Origin: Hyphomicrobiales bacterium | Lineage (GTDB): Bacteria > Pseudomonadota > Alphaproteobacteria > Rhizobiales > Methyloligellaceae | Reading direction: 5' to 3' | Assembly (NCBI GenBank): GCA_050248375.1 | Contig: JBFWSL010000001.1 | Span: 1-42,470, forward strand | DNA: 42,470 nt | Shown here: piece by piece, positions 1 to 8,194 of the stretch | Position numbering within the stretch: the stretch's first letter is position 1 | How the letters are laid out: each line of letters begins with the position of its first letter | Notes under the pieces: generated by a model | Database searches by the model: none | What the model was told of the DNA's origin: nothing | Seen by the model: only the letters and a program-made list of their open reading frames with translations | Made by a program: the position numbers and the translations under genes

Positions 1-513
1 GTCATCTACATCGGGAGCCTGTCCAAGACCCTGTTTCCCGGCCTGCGCATGGGTTACCTGGTGGCGCCGGCTCCGCTCATCGAACAGGCGCGGGCGCTGC
101 GCCGCCTGATGGTCCGCCACGCGCCGAACAACAACCAGCGCACCGTGGCGCGGTTCCTGGCGCTGGGCCACCACGATGCCCTCGTCCACCGGCTGCACCG
201 GGCCTACCGCGAACGGTGGATGGAAATGGGCCGGGCACTGGAGGCGTACATGCCGCGGGCGAGCCGCGTGCCGAGCTTCGGGGGGTCCAGTTTCTGGGTG
301 AGCGGCCCCCAGGGCCTGGATGCGGACCGGCTGGCCGAGGTGGCGCTGGGGGAAGGGATTATCATGGAGCCCGGCAGCATCCACTTCGCCGCCGACCCCG
401 CCCCGAGAAATTTCTTCCGCCTCGGCTTATCCTCCATCAGCGCCGAGCGCATCGAGCCCGGTGTGCGCAAGCTCGCCGCCCTGATGGAGCGCCAGATGAA
501 ACGGGCGGACTGA
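1..513 (+). CDS. PLP-dependent aminotransferase-fold protein, C-terminal part (MocR/GntR-type regulator or class I/II aminotransferase); 5' end lies outside the window
   Basis: Frame 1 is open from base 1 and reads VIYIGSLSKTLFPGLRMGYLVAP. This is the S-x-S-K pyridoxal-lysine motif context of fold-type I aminotransferases. Stop at 511-513. Confidence 0.7.
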   Translation, partial: VIYIGSLSKTLFPGLRMGYLVAPAPLIEQARALRRLMVRHAPNNNQRTVARFLALGHHDALVHRLHRAYRERWMEMGRALEAYMPRASRVPSFGGSSFWVSGPQGLDADRLAEVALGEGIIMEPGSIHFAADPAPRNFFRLGLSSISAERIEPGVRKLAALMERQMKRAD

Positions 514-637
514 GCCGCGTCCGGCCATCTGGTCCGAGCGAATTGCCGGAACTGGTTCTACGCAAAGCCGCGCACCACATCCATGTGATGGAGTCGCCGC
601 CAGCCGGTTCCGGCGAATTTACCTGAGGAGGATAGCC

Positions 638-1756
638 ATGCTCCTGGGCGTTCCCAAGGAAGTGAAGGTTCACGAGTATCGCGTCGGAATGACTCCCGCG
701 AGCGTTCGCGAGGTTACCAGCCACGGCCACAAGGTAATGGTCGAGACCAATGCCGGCACGGGGATAGGAGCTTCCGACGACGCCTATCGGGACGCGGGCG
801 CGGAGATCGCCGACAGCGCGGAAAGGATCTTCGCCGAGGCCGAAATGATAGTGAAGGTGAAGGAGCCTCAGGCTGGCGAACGCCAGTTGCTCCGGCCGGG
901 CCAGACCCTGTTCACCTACCTGCACCTCGCTCCCGACCCGGACCAGACCCGCGACCTCATCGAGAGCGGAGCCACCTGCATCGCCTATGAAACGGTCACC
1001 GACAGCCACGGTGGCCTGCCGTTGCTGGCTCCCATGTCGCAGGTGGCGGGCCGCATGGCCATCCAGGCCGGCGCCCACTGCCTGGAAAAGGAAGCCGGCG
1101 GCTCCGGCATCCTGCTGGCAGGCGTGCCCGGTGTCGCCCCGGCCAAGGTGGTGATCATCGGCGGCGGCGTCGTGGGCGAGAACGCGGCCTACATGGCCAT
1201 CGGCGTGGGCGCGGACGTGACTGTCCTCGACAGGAACGTGGATACCATGCGCGCGCTCGTGGTGCGCTTCGGCGCCCAGGTGAAGACGCTCTATTCGACC
1301 GCGCTGACCATCGAGGAAGAGGTCAGCACCGCCGACCTGGTCATCGGCGCCGTGCTGGTGCCGGGCGCCGCGGCCCCCAAGCTGGTCAGCCGCGGACTGG
1401 TTTCGCGCATGCGTCCCGGTTCCGTGCTGGTGGACGTCGCCATCGACCAGGGCGGCTGCTTCGAGACTTCAAGGCCCACGACCCATGCCGAGCCTACCTA
1501 TGTGGTGGATGGCGTGGTGCACTACTGCGTGGCGAACATGCCTGGAGCGGTCGCGCGCACCTCGACCTACGCGCTCAACAACGTCACGCTGCCCTTCATC
1601 CTCGCCATGGCCGACAAGGGTCCGGCGACGGCCATGCTCGCCGACCCGCACCTGCTCGCGGGCCTGAATGTCCACGCGGGCAAGGTCACCTACCAGGCGG
1701 TGGCGGGTGCGCTCGGCCACAAATATGTGGACCCCGGCAAGGCGCTTGCCGCCTAA
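638..1756 (+). CDS. ald: L-alanine dehydrogenase
   Basis: 372 aa. N-terminus [20 protein letters not shown] and the Rossmann motif IIGGGVVG are typical of Ald. GAGGAGGA Shine-Dalgarno sits 5 nt upstream of the ATG. Confidence 0.92.
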   Translation: MLLGVPKEVKVHEYRVGMTPASVREVTSHGHKVMVETNAGTGIGASDDAYRDAGAEIADSAERIFAEAEMIVKVKEPQAGERQLLRPGQTLFTYLHLAPDPDQTRDLIESGATCIAYETVTDSHGGLPLLAPMSQVAGRMAIQAGAHCLEKEAGGSGILLAGVPGVAPAKVVIIGGGVVGENAAYMAIGVGADVTVLDRNVDTMRALVVRFGAQVKTLYSTALTIEEEVSTADLVIGAVLVPGAAAPKLVSRGLVSRMRPGSVLVDVAIDQGGCFETSRPTTHAEPTYVVDGVVHYCVANMPGAVARTSTYALNNVTLPFILAMADKGPATAMLADPHLLAGLNVHAGKVTYQAVAGALGHKYVDPGKALAA

Positions 1757-2820
1757 TCCCTGGAGGGCGGCGGCAGCTTGCGCTGAAGGATGCGGAACAG
1801 GACCTGCGCCCCCAGCACCACGATGGCCAGGCGGAACAGGTGGTGCAGCGCCACATAGGCGATATCGGCTCCAAGCACGATGGCGATGACGTTCATCTCC
1901 GACTGGCCGCCCGGCGAGAAGGCGAGCAGGACAGGCAGTGTCTCCAGCCCCGTCAGGTGAATGATGGTCCATGTGAACACGGCCGTCAGGGCGAGCAGTA
2001 TTACGGTGTAGCCGACCGCCGAGGCGACCGTCCCGGCGAACTCCCGCCAGCTTACCCCGGCGAACTGGCAGCCCGCATGGGTGCCGAGCGCGAGCTGCGC
2101 GAAGTTCAGCACCTCCACCGGCATGTGCAGCGTCGCTAGCCCCGAGATGGTGATCACGGCGCAGGCGATCATCGGCCCGACGAGGGGGGAGCCGGACAGG
2201 CCGATCTTCAGGGCCGCCCACCATCCGAATATTGCGCAGGCCAACAGGGTCAGCAGGTTGGCCGGATCGTAGCCGGTCCAGTGAACCATGTGGGTCGCCC
2301 GCTCGCCGATCTGCACATGCTCCGACCACTCGATCCAGAAGGGGAGCACGAAGACGATGACGAGCACGCGCGTGCTGTGCGCGAGCGTGAGTTGCCGCTC
2401 GCTCGCTCCCGCGTCGCGTCCCATGGCGATCATGTCCTGGAAGCCGCCCGGCATGGCTGAATAGAAGGCCGTCGTCCTGTCCATTCGGCAGACATAACGG
2501 AAGAAGGGAACGCCGAGCGCGGCGATGATGAGGACGAATGGCGGTATGAAGGCGAGGCTTGCCGCCATCTCGGGGAGTTGTGCGATCAGCGCCGGGGTGA
2601 AGGCGGCTCCCACCGCCAGCCCGAGGACCGCCCTCGCCGGCCCGATCAGGCGATCGGGGCCCTTTACCGGCACGCCGATGATGGACGCCAGCAGGCATGC
2701 GGCCAGCGACCCGAGCATCCAGGGCAGCGGCAGCACCAGCACCAGGAACAGCACCGACCCGGCCAGCCCGACCGCCAGCGCCAGCGCCACGTGGCCGTGA
2801 CGCTGCCAGTCGAAACCCAT
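1753..2820 (-). CDS. AbrB-family polytopic membrane protein (often annotated putative ammonia monooxygenase-like)
   Basis: Hydrophobic multi-span protein with an internally duplicated architecture. I moved the start to the ATG at 2820 (MGFDWQRHGHVALALAV...) because the 46 upstream codons of the 1753..2958 ORF are Pro/Arg-rich and not membrane-like. Family assignment is from memory. Confidence 0.6.
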   Translation of the reverse strand: MGFDWQRHGHVALALAVGLAGSVLFLVLVLPLPWMLGSLAACLLASIIGVPVKGPDRLIGPARAVLGLAVGAAFTPALIAQLPEMAASLAFIPPFVLIIAALGVPFFRYVCRMDRTTAFYSAMPGGFQDMIAMGRDAGASERQLTLAHSTRVLVIVFVLPFWIEWSEHVQIGERATHMVHWTGYDPANLLTLLACAIFGWWAALKIGLSGSPLVGPMIACAVITISGLATLHMPVEVLNFAQLALGTHAGCQFAGVSWREFAGTVASAVGYTVILLALTAVFTWTIIHLTGLETLPVLLAFSPGGQSEMNVIAIVLGADIAYVALHHLFRLAIVVLGAQVLFRILQRKLPPPSRD

Positions 2821-3111
2821 GCCGCTTGCGGAATCCTTCGCCAATGAGGTGGTCCGATCATGCCGCGGGCGAATGGCGGGCGGCCGGTTGTGCGAGAGGG
2901 CCGTTACCGGGCCCCCCGGACCGGCCATGGCGGTCGCGATACCAGACCGGACCGGCACTCACAACCCGCGAGAGGCGAGGGACAGACCATCCGGCTGCGG
3001 ATCATTCAATTTGTGATTGAATTAATGTAATTCTCAACTAAACGTAAGTTTTTTGTGTCGGGGCTCTGGATTTTTCTGTGAAATACTGGAAGATTGGTAA
3101 ATATTAGACGT

Positions 3112-3128
3112 GAAATCCTCTGGATTTC
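3112..3128. promoter_or_regulatory. Perfect palindrome GAAATCC-N3-GGATTTC in an AT-rich divergent control region
   Basis: Read directly from the sequence. CTCTGGATTT occurs twice (3064-3073 and 3118-3127) and GTGAAAT twice (3078-3084 and 3110-3116). It lies between the divergent starts at 2820 and 3194. Confidence 0.4.
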
Positions 3129-3193
3129 GTCTTCACGCATGCCAGAATACATTGCAGTTGCGGCGGGTTGTGTGAAGCGGCGCGGGGGGCGTT

Positions 3194-3961
3194 GTGTCGG
3201 CGGGGTGTGGGCTGTGCCATTATCTCCGGCGTTCGGGCCGGATAGGGCTGGCGATCGCGGCGGGCCTGTCGGCCTGCCCGGACGCATGGGCCGGCGACGG
3301 TGCGGCGGACGCCCGCTTCGAGACGTTCAGTGGCATCGCCGTTACCTATGATTCCGGCTTCGCCTATGCCGGCGGCGTCTGGGCCCTGGGCAGGCCGGTG
3401 GAACAGCCGGGCTTGCGTTTCCGTGCCCTGGGCGGCGGCGGCAGCTATGCCTATGACGGCGCCTTGCCATTTGCCGGGGTGAGCGTGCCCACGCGCTTCC
3501 ATGGTGACGTGGGATTGATTGAGGTGATGGCCGGCTATCTTCTGCGGCGCGGCGAATGGACTGCCAAGATCTACGCGGGCGCGGTCCATGCCCGGCACCA
3601 GATTACACCCCGCGATCCGTCCAATGACGTCCAGGGCGGCGCATGGGGTATGAAAGGCCTCGTCGAACTCTGGCGCAATCTGGGCGCGCGCGGCTTTCTT
3701 TCCCTGGACGCGGGCCTGTCGAGTGCGTTCGGCGAGTACCGCGTCCACTCCAGGCTCGGCACCCGGCTGCGTAGCCGGTTCTCCGCAGGCGGCGAACTGG
3801 GCGCCGTCGGCAACGAGGACTATGACGCCCTGCGCGGCGGCGCATTTCTGCGCTGGCATGGACGCAGCGGCGAGTTCACCTTGGCTGGCGGTGGAACCGG
3901 CGACTATCTGGACGAGGATATGACCCCCTACGTCACCTTCGACTACTTCCGCCGCTTCTAG
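3194..3961 (+). CDS. BcsS-like outer-membrane beta-barrel protein (cellulose-synthesis accessory family), orphan
   Basis: GTG start. Signal peptide with an L-S-A-C lipobox-like site or an AWA/G cleavage site. Alternating beta-strand pattern, motif PRDPSNDVQGGAWGMKG, GGGGSYAYDG, and a C-terminal aromatic residue (FDYFRRF). The BcsS resemblance is recalled from memory. Confidence 0.55.
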   Translation: MSAGCGLCHYLRRSGRIGLAIAAGLSACPDAWAGDGAADARFETFSGIAVTYDSGFAYAGGVWALGRPVEQPGLRFRALGGGGSYAYDGALPFAGVSVPTRFHGDVGLIEVMAGYLLRRGEWTAKIYAGAVHARHQITPRDPSNDVQGGAWGMKGLVELWRNLGARGFLSLDAGLSSAFGEYRVHSRLGTRLRSRFSAGGELGAVGNEDYDALRGGAFLRWHGRSGEFTLAGGGTGDYLDEDMTPYVTFDYFRRF

Positions 3962-3980
3962 CCTCCGCTGCCGGCGGGCT

Positions 3981-4472
3981 TCAATTCAGACGGTGCCCGT
4001 GCCTGCTGCGGCAATCCGGGGCAACGCCCCGGCAGATCGGACAGTCGATCGACATCCAGTTGTCCACCACCAGGGAGACGATTTCCGGCAGCCGCGGCAG
4101 CAGATCCCCGGCGCTCACCACCAGGTCGGCCCCGGCGCCGAGCAGCCGGCATTCGGCGGCGGGACTTACGGGCGCGGCGGCGACAGCCACGATCCCTGCG
4201 CCGGAAGCGGAGGTCCTGCGCCTTGTCGCCGTCACGGCTTCGCAGCCGTCGGTTCCGGGCAGGGAAAGGTCCACGAGCGCCAGGTCGAAGCCTGTGTCGC
4301 GGAGCCCTGCGCGCGGCAGCGCATAGGGGATCTGTTCCACCGCGGTGCACTGCCGGATCATCGGCTCAAGCCAGACGATGCCGAGGGCGCGGCTGACCTG
4401 GGCCGCGAGATCAGCCTGCGCCGTGACCAGCAGCACGCAGGTCTTGTTGTTGTGACTGGGTCTGATGGGCAT
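3981..4472 (-). CDS. Stand-alone receiver-domain protein with degenerate active site and a C-terminal Cys/His motif
   Basis: 163 aa. DLALVDLSLPGTDG matches the phospho-acceptor region of CheY-like receivers. The N-terminal acidic pair is T-A (VLLVTAQ), the conserved Thr is Ala (VAVAAAP) and the conserved Lys is Ser (DLVVSAG). The tail reads CPICRGVAPDCRSRHGH. Confidence 0.65.
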   Translation of the reverse strand: MPIRPSHNNKTCVLLVTAQADLAAQVSRALGIVWLEPMIRQCTAVEQIPYALPRAGLRDTGFDLALVDLSLPGTDGCEAVTATRRRTSASGAGIVAVAAAPVSPAAECRLLGAGADLVVSAGDLLPRLPEIVSLVVDNWMSIDCPICRGVAPDCRSRHGHRLN

Positions 4473-4473
4473 C

Positions 4474-4518
4474 TGGCAGGCCGCCTCTTACCGGTCGCGG
4501 AACCCCCGCGGCCTGCCA
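4474..4518 (-). promoter_or_regulatory. 11-bp perfect inverted repeat TGGCAGGCCGC / GCGGCCTGCCA, ending 2 nt upstream of the receiver gene start codon
   Basis: Arms at 4474-4484 and 4508-4518 with a 23-nt loop that contains the AAGAGG SD-like element. A competing 5-bp hairpin CGCGG/CCGCG (4496-4500 and 4506-4510) overlaps the distal arm. Confidence 0.45.
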
Positions 4519-4597
4519 AATATCGAATACAACCTATAATAGAAGATTAAACCACAATACCCGCAAAAGGAGAGCGGCCTCCCTCCGGCAGGCCGGA

Positions 4598-6124
4598 CTA
4601 TTGCGCGCAGGCGCAGTGCTCTCCGTAGGCCCTGCTGATGGCGTCGAGATTGCCGACGATATGCCGGTCGATGCCGGAATAGGGCACCGCGGCGGCGGCG
4701 ATGTAGTCCGCCGCCTCGATGGCTCCCAGCGCCGCCGTCACTGCCTTTGAGATATCCTTCGGCATCGCCGCGTCTTCCTTGCCGTTGAAGAAGGCCTTGA
4801 AGAGCTCGAGCGCGGCGAAGGTCGAGTCCGATGCCGCAACGCCGTCCTGCAGGGCCGTGTCGCCGGTGAGCGCCGCCGCCGCCATGGCCAGTTGCTTCAG
4901 GCCGGCGTCTGGTTCGGGCGCGGCGAGGGACAGGGACGCGCCGCCCCAGCCGGGATGTCCCCCGGCCGAACTGGCGGCCGCCTCGCGCGCCATCAGCACG
5001 CGGGCATGGGCGACCTTGCGGGCCTCCTCCGCCTTGTCCTGGAACAGGCCGATGCGCTTGGTCACCTCGCCGATCTTGCGCTGATAATAGCCGATGAAGG
5101 AGGGAACGCCCGTGCACAGGGCAGGGGACTTGGGCTGCGACAGATAGGTGCGCAGGTCCGTGCCGATCTTGTAGGAAACCCAGCCGGTATTGCGCTTCAC
5201 CGACAGTTCCGGGTCGACGGTGCGCCGGCTGACCAGGGGAGAAGCAAAGCGGATGACATCGCGCTCCAGCTTCATCACCTCCGGATCGGGACCGGAGTCC
5301 GGCTGCTCGAACTCGACGCAGCGGTTGTAGCGGCGGCCGGTGCGGCGGTCATGGACCCGCTCCGACCTGAGGCACTTCGCGCTGACGGTGCTCGCGGCCG
5401 GCGTGAACAGCCAGCGGCCAGGACGCTCCTTGTCCGGCTTCTGCACCGACTTGAGCAGCTCGCCGATCGCCTCGTCGCTCGCCTCGCGGAGTTCCGTCAG
5501 CCGTCCGTAATAGGCGCCGGGGCAGTCCACCACCTTCCAGGTGAACTCCGTCGTATCCGCGAGGCCGCCGCCGGGCTGGCGCAGGGTGACGCGCAGGCGG
5601 TTGGCCCTGTCCGCGCTGTCGGACTCCGCTTCCTTGAGCAGGAGTTCGACCGTGATCCTTTCGGGCTTCTTCTGCTTGATGTTCTTGACCGTGATGACCC
5701 GGGACGAGGAGCCGTCGCCGCCGTCATCGGCGCTCCCGATGATCTGCCTGATCTCCGGGCCCTGCGCGCTGAGCTCGATCACGGCCTCGACGGACCTGGC
5801 CTGGGTTTCGTTGGAGAGGAGGATGGTGGCGAATGCCGTGCCTCCCGCGGGCGCGGGCGCGCCGGTGCGCGTGGCCTTCAGCTCGGCCCGCACACCGATG
5901 ATCTGCAGCTCGCTCTTGGGCGAGGGCGTCTCCTGCGGATTGACGCTGCCGGTGGCGGCGGGTTCCTCGCCGCGCGGTTCCACGACGGCGGCAAGCTTCA
6001 GGCCCGGAAGGCCTTGAGCGGCATATGCCGGTCCCGATGCCGTGCCGGTGAGGATCGCCAGTGCCGCGAGTGCTGGCAGGAAACGGAAATGCCCTGCCGG
6101 AAAACGAATACGGAGAGAACGCAT
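4598..6124 (-). CDS. Secreted hypothetical protein, 508 aa, Cys-containing
   Basis: Signal peptide LPALAALAILTGTASGPAYA-AQ. GGTGGAGG SD before the ATG. Coding-like composition, eight Cys including a terminal CACAQ. I recognise no family. Confidence 0.7.
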   Translation of the reverse strand: MRSLRIRFPAGHFRFLPALAALAILTGTASGPAYAAQGLPGLKLAAVVEPRGEEPAATGSVNPQETPSPKSELQIIGVRAELKATRTGAPAPAGGTAFATILLSNETQARSVEAVIELSAQGPEIRQIIGSADDGGDGSSSRVITVKNIKQKKPERITVELLLKEAESDSADRANRLRVTLRQPGGGLADTTEFTWKVVDCPGAYYGRLTELREASDEAIGELLKSVQKPDKERPGRWLFTPAASTVSAKCLRSERVHDRRTGRRYNRCVEFEQPDSGPDPEVMKLERDVIRFASPLVSRRTVDPELSVKRNTGWVSYKIGTDLRTYLSQPKSPALCTGVPSFIGYYQRKIGEVTKRIGLFQDKAEEARKVAHARVLMAREAAASSAGGHPGWGGASLSLAAPEPDAGLKQLAMAAAALTGDTALQDGVAASDSTFAALELFKAFFNGKEDAAMPKDISKAVTAALGAIEAADYIAAAAVPYSGIDRHIVGNLDAISRAYGEHCACAQ

Positions 6125-6341
6125 CCTCCACCCCTGCTGCGCTTTGGTCCCCCGGATTGCCGGCGCCGCTCCGAGTGCTGCCGCACTTCAGGTGTCCGCC
6201 GGCGAGCTTGTTCTTCAACACTTTTCGGCCGAACACAAGATTGAAAGCTGGGCATTGCCGGGCCGGATGACGCCGGACGGACAAGAGGACCGGTAGGAAT
6301 CAGACTATTGTGAAGATTTGGAGTCTTGCAGTCACCGTGTC

Positions 6342-6373
6342 GGCACTGCCGGTTCATTGATGCCGGCAGTGCC
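6342..6373. other. Strong stem-loop GGCACTGCCGG-N10-CCGGCAGTGCC inside a 745-bp non-coding gap
   Basis: 11-bp perfect inverted repeat read directly. No U-tract follows it on either strand. Confidence 0.5.
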
Positions 6374-6869
6374 TGACCGTCGGTGCCGCGTCCCCATCGC
6401 TGCGCTTGAAGCTCCCCGCTGAGCGCAAGGCGAAACGAAGCGGCTTCCCTCTTTGGTAGTTGTCTGTCGAACTAACCTGGGGCCGAAAGGAAACGTCTGT
6501 GAAATCGAAAGCCCGCAAACTGTGAATGAAGGCCGGTCGGGAATCAAATGTTTGGTGAGGCTATCCGCCATTTTTCTGGCGGGAACCCGAGACAGCCGGA
6601 TGCGGGGCCGCAGCGCCGGCAAGCGCTGCGTTCGCCTTCGCGTGTGCGCAAGCCGTTGCTGTCTTCGCGGAGCCCGTCGCCGAAATTGAAGCTCCGGTCG
6701 ATGCTTAGCCCGATCTCCTGTGAGGCGGAGTCCGGTTCCCGGAGTGCCGCCGCCGGCAGCGCGCCGATGCCGCGCCCCTCATCTATCGGCGGCGGTCACA
6801 TGTCCGGACTGTGACAGTTTTGAAACAGGCAAGGCAATTTTCGAAAAGGCGTTTTCGGAGGCCATCGGG

Positions 6870-8099
6870 TCACTCCGGCGGCTTGCGTTCGCCGTCTTCC
6901 GCGCCGGACTCCTCATCCTGTTTCGCCGCCTCGCCGTCCTTCGCCTTGTCTTCCTCCGCCTTCGCGTTTCGCCACTCGTCCAGGCGTCTGGCGATACGCT
7001 CGCCATTCTGCTCCCAGAAGGAAGCGTCGTAGCGGATGGCGGTCCTGAAGTTGTCGGGAGCCGTGGGAAGGAAGGCTTTCATCTCCACATCGACCTCCGC
7101 ATGCTTTCCCGCCATGGCCACGGCGGACTTGCGGAGCGGTCCATAGGGAAACCAGCGGGTTTGCGCCGCCATGCGCTCGGGCCCCGAGGCGAAGGCGATG
7201 AACTGCATCGCCGCGTCCTGATGCCGGCTGTCCCTGGGGATCGCCCACATGTCCATGTCATAGACCTGTCCGTCCCAGACGACGCCGAAAGGCTGGTTTT
7301 CCCCTACGATGGAGGCGAACACCCGTCCGTTATAGGCCAGCGCGAAGCCCGCCTTTCCGTCGGCCAGCAATTCGAGCGCTTCGCCCGGCCGCTTCCACCA
7401 CACGATCTCGTCCCGGATTTTATCGAGTTCGGCCAGAACCTTGCCGATGCCCTCCTCGGAGGCGAGCGTGGTGTAGATGTCGGAGGGCGCCACGCCGGCC
7501 GCCGACAGCGCAAGCTCGAACAGACGCCTGGGATCCCTGGGCAGGGCCCGCTTGCCCGGAAACGCCTTCAGGTCGAAAAGGTCCGCCGCCTTCGCCGGCT
7601 CGGCCCTGGTGTAGTCGCGCTTGTCGAAGGCGATGATGGCGGACCATGCCACCGAGCCGACTCCGCAGTCGCCGATCGCGCCCGGCAGATAGTCCTCCTC
7701 GGCCTTGGCGCCGTCTTTCGAGCCTGCCAGCCTGGAATGGTCGAGCTTGACCAGCAACCCGTCCTCGCAGGCCTTTTTCACCGCGCCCGCGCTCAGGTCC
7801 ACCACGTCCCAATTGCCGGCGTTGTCCTTCAGTACTGCGGCAGTTGTCTCCCCATTGTGGCTGACGGCGCGGACAGAGATGCCGCTCTCTTTCCCGAATG
7901 GCGCGAAGAAGGCGCGCTCCTGCGACTGCGCGTAGGCGCCGCCCCATGAGGCAACGACGATCTCGTCGGGCTTCGATGCGGTCTGGGCTTCCGGTGCGCC
8001 GCCCGCCGGCGCCTCCTGGGACTGCGCGGCGGGGAACGAAAACATCAGGAACGCGGACGCAGCGCCGATAAGGCACCTGCGCGTTGAAAATAGGGTCAT
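6870..8099 (-). CDS. ABC transporter periplasmic substrate-binding protein, PotD/PotF (polyamine)-like, orphan
   Basis: Start set at ATG 8099 (MTLFSTRRCLIGAASAFLMFSFPAAQS signal peptide). The body resembles extracellular solute-binding family 1 proteins. It has a charged C-terminal tail, AKAEEDKAKDGEAAKQDEESGAEDGERKPPE. No permease or ATPase lies next to it. Confidence 0.7.
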   Translation of the reverse strand: MTLFSTRRCLIGAASAFLMFSFPAAQSQEAPAGGAPEAQTASKPDEIVVASWGGAYAQSQERAFFAPFGKESGISVRAVSHNGETTAAVLKDNAGNWDVVDLSAGAVKKACEDGLLVKLDHSRLAGSKDGAKAEEDYLPGAIGDCGVGSVAWSAIIAFDKRDYTRAEPAKAADLFDLKAFPGKRALPRDPRRLFELALSAAGVAPSDIYTTLASEEGIGKVLAELDKIRDEIVWWKRPGEALELLADGKAGFALAYNGRVFASIVGENQPFGVVWDGQVYDMDMWAIPRDSRHQDAAMQFIAFASGPERMAAQTRWFPYGPLRKSAVAMAGKHAEVDVEMKAFLPTAPDNFRTAIRYDASFWEQNGERIARRLDEWRNAKAEEDKAKDGEAAKQDEESGAEDGERKPPE

Positions 8100-8194
8100 G
8101 CGATGTCCTGGGCGGTGTCTGGGAGAACTGTGACGATTAGAACCGTTTCGGGCTGTCAAATGCAACCGGGCACATCGGCCGCATCAACAGCAGT

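Noticed and set aside
4519-4597. Possible rho-independent terminator after the 508-aa gene (GGGAG-GCCG-CTCTC followed by CTTTT on the minus strand), and sigma70-like TATAAT/TATTAT words
   Set aside because: The stem is only 5 bp with a G-U pair, and I could not settle on a -35/-10 spacing. This is too weak to call.
6400-6560. Riboswitch-like appearance (several GAAA-containing segments) in the long intergenic region
   Set aside because: I could not fold convincing helices around the GAAA loops (only 2-3 bp), and I recognise no Rfam family. It is retained only as part of the general long-gap finding.
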